Source: Antedon mediterranea
Lineage: Eukaryota > Animalia > Echinodermata
DNA: 64,000 nt
Assembly: GCF_964355755.1 (NCBI RefSeq)
Contig: NC_092670.1
Location: forward strand, 6,872,201-6,936,200
Direction of reading: 5' to 3'
Part shown: one piece after another, positions 40,601 through 52,600 of the stretch
How the letters are laid out: every line of letters begins with the position of its first letter
Numbering within the stretch: position 1 is the first letter of the stretch
Notes under the pieces: model-generated
What the model saw: the letters and a program-made list of their open reading frames with translations, nothing else
What the model was told of the DNA's origin: nothing
The model's database searches: none
Made by a program: the position numbers and the translations under genes

Positions 40601-43600
40601 CGATATGGGGCGGAGAACGCTCATCAAGTATTTTAGACCAATCAGTTATAACATCTGTAAGTAAGGTGGTACAAGACCTACCCCTCAAGAAGCCATGTTG
40701 TTTCTCGGAGAGAAGTGTATTTTCTTCAAGAAAAGATAGTAACTTTTGACCAACAACTCTCTCAAGCAATTTACCAATTGTAGAACATAAGGAAATCGGT
40801 TTATAATTAGAAACATCACTATAGTCACCTGACCTATTGATTGGAATGATGTTGGCTCCCTTCATTTCAATGGGAAACACACCAGAGCTGAGAGATAGAT
40901 TAAATATTTTACATAATGGTTCAGTTATGTAAATAGCAGCAACTTTAATCATAGTTGTGGTTATTCCATCAGGTCCAGGAGATTTACCTGTTTTTAGTTT
41001 GTTAATAACAGATAATATCTCAGCACTAGTGGTTTGGATATCAGTGAATTTGGGGCAGCCAGCATGCAAAATACAAGAATTATTTAAAAGGTGGTCAGGG
41101 TAGTCATGAGAAAAATTAGCTGAGAATCTTTTATTGAAGGCCTCAGCTATGATCTTTGGGTTGTTGACACGATTACCCTCAATGACAAAGGTATCAGTGC
41201 CGGGTTTAGCTCTGGAGCTTCTAACGAAGGACCAGAACTGTTTACAATGGTCGTTTTTTAAGGAAAGGTTCTTTAGATAACTTTTATATGATTTTTTAAT
41301 TTTAGATTTCAAGTCATTACGACTACGTTTGTATCTATCCCACTTGTCCTTATTTACAGACCTAATAGCTGCTTTATAAAATCTATTCTTTTTTCTAATT
41401 AAACTAAGAATCTCCCTTGAGATCCAAGGTTTTTTAGGGCACCTTTTGGCCGACCTTAGGGGTACAACATCATTAATAGCTGCAATAAATTTACATTTAA
41501 AGTTTAACCATAACTCATTCACGTCAGTGGAATCACAGTTCCAGTTAATATTTGCGAATTTGTCAATAAAACGTTGGGGACAAATTTTAGAATAATCATA
41601 AAAAGTACCCGCTGGTCTTGAAATGTTCTCCTTTGAGATACGAAGTTTGAAGGAAACTCCTTCATGATCACTGTCGACACCTGGGTGAGGTTGAATTTCA
41701 GCTACCATGTCAGTACTACTAGAGTAAACATGATCGATAATTGTATTAGCCGAATTCTTAGTGTAATGCGTGTAAAAATTAACACATTGCCTTAGATTTA
41801 AGACGTCTACTGTGTTTTGCATATTTCGTTGTTCCGTTGAAATTGTACCAGTAGATTTAAAATTAATGTTAAGGTCACCTGCAATAATTATTAAACTGTA
41901 CAAATGGGCGTCCACTAACACTTGATCGACACATTCCTGGTGTTTTTCGAAGAAATCCACTCTGCTACCCGGAGGTCTGTACAGTGTCCCTGCTAAAATG
42001 TTCCCGTGTTTGCTTTCAATTGTACACCATATTAGCTCGATTCCAGGACAGGAATAATTAAGACATGGTGTCGCACGCAAATCCTCATGTACCGCAACAA
42101 CAACACCACCTCCATGACGATTGCGATCCTTTCTAAAAACAGCATATTCTTTGGGGAATATTTCAGTGGAATTTATATGACCATCTAGCCATGATTCAGT
42201 CATGAAAACGATGTCAATTGTTTCGGTTACAAGCACTGATTGTAAACACAATGACTTGTTTACAATGCTGTGAGCGTTGATATTTAAACAATTAACGCCA
42301 CCTTGAAGTGCATAGTTGGTTACGTAACCATCGGGTCGCATACCTTCGTCTCCAACATGTTGTGCATTTTGTGGTCCAGGGTTTTCTTCAATATCTCCAC
42401 ATAAGTATAGATTGTTAAAGGAGAATTTCCCGTAAGATGTTTGAAATGAAGAAGTGGAATTATCATACCTCCTATACGGTGCAGAATAATGGCCATGCTT
42501 GGTACGCCGTAACAATCTTGGCCTAGATCGAAATTGTAGTGGTGATTCATACCAACAATCTCTGCTGCGACTAGATGAGTTAGGATGGACAACATATGAT
42601 GATAAGTATTGGGCTCGAACCGCACAATCATCCACAACGCATAAACATATCAGTGCTAGGCAAATAATAGTGGTAGCCATAGGTAAAATCGTATGACTTA
42701 ACACTATCCAGGAGCGGCAGATTTAACACGTCCGCTCACGACGCTGAACAATGTAGAATCCCCAAGCGATCTCAACTGTGAGAGGCTGGATACATAACCA
42801 TTACACCACACTGTCATCCACAACTTTGTAGTGTGCAGTTAACATATTTACACTTAGAACTAATAACAAAAAATGTAAAAAAAAAATATTCAGGGGGCAT
42901 TTTATGTAGGGGAATTTTACAGTAGGCGGAGGTTTGTACTCTCGGAGTACCCTCTAGATATAAGTTATAATTATTACCTCATGTTTTAGATCCAGAAGCT
43001 CCAGATATTATAGATTGTCCAATGGATATAATTGTTAACACAACAACTGGTGAGGCAATTGCAATCAATGTCACATGGATGGAACCGACAGCTACTGATA
43101 ACTCTAAAGAGACTCTTGTACCAGTAGCAGGCTACACTTCTGGTGATAATATGTTTGCAATTGGCAACACAACAGTACAGTACAATGTCTCAGATTCAGC
43201 TGGTAACTTTAATGATAGCTGCAGTTTCGTTATCACTGTTAACGGTAAGACAACTGTACCTCGTTGGTGGAAAATAAAATTGAGCTACAGTAATATGGTT
43301 ATATCAAATGTAATTTATTTATTTCTGTTATTTATGTTGTGAATAGATAATGAAAGTCCAATGATTGACTGCCCAACAAATGACACTTCTAACAATTACA
43401 TCGGAGAAGGGTATGGACTAGTAAATGTCAGCACAGATATAGGAAGTCCAAATGCCACTGTCACCTGGGATCCTCCTATTACAAGGGACAATAGTGGTGG
43501 ACTTGTGACTGTAATGTCTTCATCTTTTGAGTCTGGTGACATGATACCATAATTATAAGTGTAATGGCTTTTGCTCTTCGGGTTCAATCAATTATTGCAG

Positions 43601-46600
43601 GCTACGATTGTCCAATGTTCATTGTTCATGGGAGGTTTTTTATCCATTGAGATGCGTTTTTAATAGAGGCATTCGATTTAGGAGGCCCACATCATCAAAA
43701 CTAAATTATGTTAGGAATTATAGATCTGCTGTAGTTAATATATTTCAATGTTGTTTTATTCAAATATATAATACATTGATAGATCAATCAAAAAGCTGCA
43801 TAAAGGTGGAGTTTGAAATTAATCTTTGAGTAGTTTACATTATTCTATTCTCACCTGTATTTGTTTGTTGACGAATCCAGACTACCTTTTGCATTTAGAA
43901 TGTTCTATCATGTTGATATTATTTAATTTAATTAATTTTACCTCAATTTCCAGTTTCACGTCATACTGCGCGCGGTACATTCAGATATTATATCATGGCT
44001 CTGGGACGATAGAGCATAAAGCATAGCAATAGAATACTTTTACGTTATAAGTTATGAATATGAACAGTTACTACATGGTTTGTTTTCATTAGATGAGCAA
44101 GATCCAGAATTCAAATTTTGTCCTGATAGCATTTTCACAGAAACCGATCATAGGTCATCTACTGCACGTGTAAGTTGGGACACTCCAGAAATTGAAGATA
44201 ACTCGGGTCAAGTGTCACTAGTTGCTTCACCGAGTCCTGGTAGTTCGTTTAATATTGGTACCACTTCTGTTGTATACACTGCTAGTGATAACAGCTATAA
44301 CATGAACAAATGTGAATTTAATGTCACGGTTGAAGGTAATAATCTGGAAATCTTGGAATAATGTGTTTTTATTCTATTTCTTTTTTTTATTTGGTGTATC
44401 GTTAATTAAAGATTACAAGAGTAACTGTACTTAATATTTAATCTTTTCACCAGACCAAAATACGATGATTTAGAATGCAAATAACTTTAGTTGATTAGTT
44501 TTGGATTTCCACAGTCAAACAAGGACAACCTATAAACATCGCGCCATCTATTTTATCAACAATCTCTTCCTAAATATAACAAACCGGAAACAAATAATAA
44601 TAGAAGGCGTAAAGTCGGTAGACGTAATATTATTTTATATTAAATAATATTATTTCTCAATTTCAGGTGAAGATATTTTTTTTAATGTATGGTTATTTTT
44701 TTTTTTTAGATAATGAACCACCGGTTTTAGAGTGTCCTGATGACATCATTGATATAGCAACTACCACATCTGGAATTGCCATTACTTGGCCAGACCCTAG
44801 GTATATTGATAATTCTGGAAAATCTGTTTTATTAAGTTCAACAAGTAATTCTGGAGATATATTTACATTTGGAACGCATACCGTATTTTATACTGGATTT
44901 GACCAATCAGAAAACAGCGGTACATGTCAATTTGAAATAAAAATAGGAGGCAAGTATTTTTGTTAATAATTAATTTGATCATGAATGTGAAATGTATCAA
45001 ACAATTCTACTACTTAAAACATTACCTATACACGTAGCATAGAGCAAAATAGAGCACAGAAAAACAAAAAATCAACCTGAAGAATGGAAATAAAGAGTTT
45101 TTTTCTAATATAACTAAATGAATATGTTGCTTTCGTAGAGTGAGTACTACTAGCTGTATTGACATATTAGAACTTTTCTTTCATTACAGATTCGTGTACT
45201 TCTTCACCATGTCAAAATGGAGGAACTTGTGTACAGTTAGAAACGAGCTTTGCATGTAACTGTCCTGTATTATATGAAGGCAACTTATGTCAAATACTAC
45301 CAGGTATGTGCATTTTATTAATTTATCAAAGTCAGACCTTGGCTCAATATTGTATTAGGAGATGCATGACCTACAAGTTGGCAAAAAAAAATAAATGTTA
45401 AAATTAATAAATCAAATGTTGTTACATTAATCATATTATATGTATTATACTGTATAATTTAGGTGAACCAACAGCAGAAATTCAACCTTTTTCACTGAGT
45501 GCTAATTTACAAAATACAGTCACTTTCCAGTGTACTGTAACTTACTCAATTAATTGGCGTTGGTATAAAGACGACATCGAACTCCCATCTGAAACACAAA
45601 GCCTAAAGTTCCTCACAATTAATGAAGTTGGTCTGGAAAACCAAGGCTATTATTACTGCAAAGCATTTGGAGTATCGCCACATGATGACGTAACAGACAT
45701 GTCAATGAAGGCAGTCCTTGTTGTTGCAGGTAAACCTATTTTAATAGTAATACGTAAATGAATAGTGATCAAATTGCAAAATAGACACGGTTACATGAAT
45801 TGTGGAATTAAAAGATCTCTAAACCAATTTTCTGCACTAAACTCAATTGACTTACTTTATACTTCCATCCAATCGTTATGTCCATGAAGAATTTATGACT
45901 AGCCTAGTGCTGCTACTGTATCTGTATTCATTTTACTGTGATGCATTAACTAGACTTCGTATCAGAAAAGCTGATATTTTATGTATGTGTATATGGAACA
46001 TGCTGATTTCAATGTTACATTAAATAATTTATTTTAATAATGTGTTTCTATTAATCCTTAGATGCATTTACTGTACCAACAATATTAACTTTCAAGAATT
46101 TACAATTTACGTCTGCATTAAACAACCCTTCCTCGAAAGAATTCAAAAACACTTCAACTGAAATTGAAAACTTGGTAGGTTTTGTTCAACAATTTATAAT
46201 TATATGAATATGTTATTTAAAAATATGTATATCACTAAACCTGGACTATTTCATTTTCTTTTCGAGTGGTGTCAATATTTTGTAATAATGGCATATAATA
46301 TGAAAAAGACTTTGTATTTTGACAATTCATGGTGTACAAAAAGCTATTGAAAATCATTTTTAATAAATTTGGAATAAACTGGAACGTTTCAATTTCAACT
46401 GTGTTGGTAGGACACTCCAATAATTATAGTATTGTTAGTAGTGTTAGTGTCAACATAAATCCATACTCATAAACAATTACAATATTGGTTATTTTTGTGT
46501 GCAGTTATTCACCATAACTTTTTTTTTCTTGTTTTCAGTTAACTGAGAGTATAAGTATAACTGATATATTTGTTCAAGTTCGTGCACTACGTTCTGGGAG

Positions 46601-49600
46601 TGTGATTGCTAACATAAACATATATAAACCAAGTGCAGACCAAAGTTACAATAATTTCAGCAAAAGTTTAGCAGGAGAATTTAAAAAGATAGGAGATAAA
46701 GGAGTTATAGATGCTGATAATATTGTCATACTTAGCACCGGTAAAACTTGTTTAAACTAGATTTTAGATTACTAGCATGTAACTTCTCGTTTCCATCCTG
46801 ATTTGGAATCCTTTCCCAATTGATAGATAACATTTTATAAGATAAAAAAAATGTTATGTTAACATTTATTTCGTATCTTCTTCCTTTGTATCCTCTTATA
46901 CATTAAACACGTTCATTAATTGTTTATTTTTGTTTTTGTAAATTATTTTAATCAATAATAAGCATGTATACATTGTTTTTATTCATTAGAGAGTTGCAAT
47001 ATAGAGATAATAGATGGATTAACATTCGGTCCTGCTGATGTCGGTCAGAATACACAATCTGAAGAAATTTGTCCAGAATCTAAAATCAACTGTAAGTTGT
47101 ATGATCGTTTGTGGATTGATCTCTTTTATATAATATGAAATAAAATGTTGATAAAAAGTGAGGTCCTTGAGGATGAGATGGCACGTTCCTATTACTTCCT
47201 GATATTTGTGATGCCGTACTTTGACAGCTTGCAAGGGATTAAAATAAGGACACAATAGGCTTAGCGTCTTTTAGTTCATATTAAAAATATTCAGATAAAA
47301 GATATTACAAAATTTATTACATGGCTGCGGTGAGTTATTAAATTGTTACTGTATACCTCACAAAAGTCTGTATTCATCATTGAGCAATATAAATAGTATA
47401 TTTTGTCATAAACAGATGGTATGCCTCTAGGCTTGTGTACATGCTATAGTGATGGTCTGTCAGCTGCTGTGTGGCAGAATGTGATTTTGCAAGACTGTGG
47501 TAGAGATGCTACATCTGATGAACTTCTAGAAAGGTTAAACATGGTCAGTGAAGAAAGAGTTACATTGACTATTACAATTGCTGAAATCTAATTGTAAAAA
47601 GCTAATTAATAATGAGTTAATAATTTATTTGATTTATTTGATCTACTTACTTTTATTTCAACGTGTTTTACTATCTTATTATTATATTGTAATTCATTTT
47701 AGATCACAGTTACTGAAGAAAATGCAGAGGAAGTAATTACAGCAGTCAACAACATTACAACAACTGAATCAGACACTATTACACCAGAAGGTTTGGAAGC
47801 AACTGCAGAAATAATTGAAAGTGTTACTTCTGTAAATTCAACATCTGCTGAAGTAAGTTTATATTTTTTTAATATACATTGCAGTATAAAATATTACCTT
47901 TGTAAACGAGGGTTGTCCATGTGTATTATTATTTCTTTGTTTTAATCTCCGTACAGGTAACATCAACGTTAGTTGGCACTGTTGCTAGTCTTTTTGAAGT
48001 AGACGATGATGTTCTCCTTGAGAGTCAGATGCAAACACAAGCTCCTAGTAGAATTGTTGAATCCCTTGAAGAACAATTAGCAGTTGTTAATCTTAAAAAC
48101 GATAAATATGAATTTGTAACCAGCAGCGTAGCAGTGCAAGCTCAAAGTGTTAAAACAAATGAACTTGATTACACTGGGATTGGAATCGCATCTTATCAGT
48201 CTGCAGATACTAATGCAATAGTAAATGTGACAGGATTTAGTAAGAAGGATGAGCTGAATAATGCCGCATCTGTCAGTATTTACATTCCTCCAACAATTAC
48301 TAAAATGTTTGCAGCCTCCAATGGTAAGTGGTCAAAATGACGATTATTTTGAAATACAACATGATCAGGATCATCATCAACGTACTCGTTATTCATAATG
48401 AATAATCAACACACAAGCATGACATGGCTGTTCCAAATGTTTAAAAGAAATAAAAGTTTACAAAATACATTGTAATTATAATGTATGTTCAGATTTTTAT
48501 CAGAAAACATCCCTAATAATGATTTATTTGATTTTTTTTAAAACAGGAACATCTGATTTTCGTGTGGTTACAGTAATATATAATGACAGTTCACTATTTC
48601 CAACAAACCAGTCAAATAATGCAACAAGAACCAATGGTCAGATTATTTCATTGTCAATACCTGGAGTTAAACTGAACAATTTATCAGATCCAATTGTCAC
48701 AACATTTATACCTGCTGAGGTAATTAGACATTTCAACATTACGTTTTATTATTATAAGCGGCCGGTACATATCTGTCATTGGGACATTTAAGAGTTTAGT
48801 GGTACGCATAGCCTTGTTGATTGTACCCTATAGAGTGCGGTTCTCTACTTTCTTGAAAGTTGAGATAATATGCTTACAATTATGAAAAGTTTGATCCGAC
48901 TCTTTCTATGTTACCATGTTTTATTACAAAATAAAAATGTTGATAAATATATTGTATTTCAAGTCTCATTCTGTAGTCAGCAGATATACTTTTAGTACAT
49001 CGTAACAAGTTGAAAGCAGGAACATTAGTCGGCCAAGAATTGTTAACATTACCTCATTCATTTTATAATCATTCTAATTTCTTTTTATTTAGATATCTAA
49101 AAATAATAATGAGACAGCCTGTGTGTTTTGGGATTTTGAACTTGATGATGGTAATGGTGGCTGGTCAAGTGCTGGATGCTACTTAGCTAATGGATCGTTG
49201 GATGGCAGTGACAGACAAATTTGTCATTGTGACCATTTAACCAATTTTGCAATCCTTATGGCAAGTTATGAAAGTTCTATAGCAAACGTAGCATACAGAT
49301 AATGCATTTCTATGAGTGCTATGATTCAAATAAATTCATGAGGTGAAAGATGAAAGGTGAAGCCAAGATAAAATAGAACAAATGTTGATCTTTCACCGAA
49401 TGCATTTTGTTCGAATTGCTATTCAACAATTCAAACAGTACTTCAGAGTGTAGAACAAAAAACGACATTCGGTTTTAATAGAATATTTATTGAATCATAA
49501 ATCATCCAATCAAAGTATTATGTACTTGTTTTGTTCTTGTTTTTTTTATTCAACTTCTCATTAACTCTGTTAGTGAAGGATCTGGACCAACACCTCTACA

Positions 49601-52600
49601 ACGGTCCAGTCCCAATTGCACAGTGGCTGTGTGTGACAGTGGCTGTGTTTGTGTGGACTAGTACACTACTTGTCTCGAAAGATATACTAGGTTCTTTAAA
49701 GTGCACATGAGCTGTGTGTACACTGGACCTATGGTTTATAGTCCTTATCCGAGAAGTTCTTCCACCAGAACCATGGAGCGAGTGAGCGAACCATTGCCGA
49801 TGTTATGGCTACGTATTATGGTTCCACTGTCTTAACCGCTCGGCCACTCATTCGCCTGTTATTGTTGTTATGGTGTGACACTACAGTATATTAGTAAACA
49901 TATTATAAATCCTTCAATAGTTATACAATGATGAAGTATATTATGATTTTAATAGAATATTTATTGAACATCATCAATCAAATTATTAGGTACTTGTTAA
50001 TCATTTTTATAGTGCGACACTACAGTATATTAGTGAAAATAGTATTATAAATCCTTCAATAGCTATACAATGCAATTCAGAAAAGATTGAATTAAATGTT
50101 CAAGCCTACTTTACACTAGTATTATGGTTTTCTCAGCACCATACTGAATTATAGACAATATGGTAGGTTTGTACGCAAATCCATTTAACACGAGCACAAC
50201 TCTTATCAAGGCTAGTCAGTAATGGTACTACTTTATTAAAATTACATTGTATTTTTCCATTTAGAATTTTTACCCAGGTCAAGAAGATCCACCGATTGCA
50301 AGGTACATCACAAATATTGGTCTTGGTGTTTCAATCGTTTGTTTACTTGCAACCTTAGTTTCTTTTACAATCAACAGGTAGGATCAAAATTAATTGATAA
50401 CATTTATCATTATCAAGTTGGAAGTATTTAATACTTTTGGTAGCTAGGTTGGTTTAAATTAAAATACACGTTTTTATTAAACTGTAATTTTAATTAATTC
50501 CTACTATAGAAGAAATCGCAGACTACATCTTAGATTAGGGACAACATGGTAATGGTTCTTCATTCGTAAATTTCAACTAATAAAGTTGACTCTATGTTTA
50601 TAAAAATGAGTGTTATTCTAAAATGATGAGAGCTCCTCCGGGTTTACAAAAATATAAATTTGTCAAAAAAAGTGAAATGTTTTGAAAAATATTAATTTTT
50701 ATGATTAACTAATCTTTTTTCAATTTACTTGTTCAAAACTTTTCATTGACCACATTCTTATCTTTTTATAAACAGTTCAGTTCAATGTGATGACAACAAA
50801 GCAATATTATACATTTTCAACCTCACAATTCACTCAGGTTAAATTACAGATGCTGTTTTATTTTTCAAATTTCAGAAAGCTACGAAAGAGTAAACCAAAA
50901 CAAATATTATGCCACCTGTGTTTATCACTACTCTGCTTGTATCTGATCTTTCTGGTTGGGATTGACAGTAAAGATAAAAAAGGTCCTTGTACGGTCATTG
51001 CTGGACTGATTCACTACTTTTTGTTGACGTCTATGTTTTGGATGTCTGTGCAGGCTATTAACCTGTATTACTTGATCGTGCAAGTTTATAATACACACGT
51101 TTCTAGGTTTTTCTTAAAAGCCTGTCTTTTTGCTTGGGGTAAGTGCACAAACATACAAAATAACAATTATTAGCTAATGTAAACTAACTACATGATTAAA
51201 AAGAAGTCATTGATGGTGGCTGTTTGTTGTCAAAGCATGTTTTCAAATGGAAACCAAACCATACTCGCTAAATTGATTCATTGGGTTTACTTTTTAATTA
51301 ATACATTAGGATGTGTGATTATCACTATATATACATTTATTGTTTACAGGTCTACCGGCTGTGATTGTTGCTATTACTGTTAGTATTGATGTTGACAATT
51401 ATGCAAATAAAGACTAGTAAGTTACAACATTTATTTAGAAACAGTTCAAGAAATAAAAGCAGCATACATTAATTAAAATAACTTAAATAGTAACATTAAA
51501 TTGTAATCTATTAATATTATTTTATTAAATTATTAATATTTATTAAATATTGAGTAAACCAACTCGCAGGTTTCCAATAATTCGACTAACCTCATAATTA
51601 ACAAGGCCAATAGCCATTAAGTCGCGTGCTACAATGCATAGTGATACCGGACCGACAGACAAACAGACCGACAGACAGACAGACCGACAGACAGACGGAC
51701 CGACCGACATAGTGAACTATACTGACCGAAATTACTGAACATGTTTAAAAATGTTGAAATGTTTAAAAACATTTATATTTTTTTAATTTACACGTGCGTA
51801 GCCTGTCACTTTTGACGTTCTCGTATAACGTAATTTCGAGTTGAAAAGTAAGTCAAGAAAACAGAAATTGGGTAAAAAGAGTGCGCAATAACATTTAACG
51901 CGCAGTGCGCGCGCAAAAATCTGCGCACTCATGGCAATTTTGTAAACGCTTAAAATTGCCTGAAACGTACTCTTATTTCATCGAAAATAAATTTTGAAAA
52001 TTTTAAGCGCGCGTACGCATGCGTTACATGCGCTACGCACGTAATTGTATTGCCATATGATGATTTATGCCCTGAAATTTATGAGTACCAAATTTTATTT
52101 AATTGTGATTCATGGTTGTTAAGATATGATTACAAACGTGATTTCGTTAAATCGTGCGTAGACCGCGTAATTTTTTATTGCGCACCGTGAAAACATAACC
52201 ACATCGATTCCTGGCCATAAGGAATATTCTGTGAAAAATTAACTTAGCTAGATTAAACTGATATCAAGATAAGGTCATAAAGCGATAAAACGCATAGTGA
52301 TACCGGACCGACAGACAGACAGACCGACAGACAGACCGACCGACAGACCGACAGACAGACAGACAGACAGACCGACCGACCGACATAGTGAACTATAGAG
52401 TCGCTTCCACGCGACTAAAAACGGTTTGATTTATCTGTTAAGTGTACACAACCTTTAACTACAACATATTTTTGAGAACATATATTGAGTTTAATTTAAC
52501 TCATTTCTCATTTCCTTTTCTGATATTTTCATTATTTGTTACTTCATATTTTCTTTAAAATAAACATATATATTATTAAATTTAAGTTGTTCTATAATAA

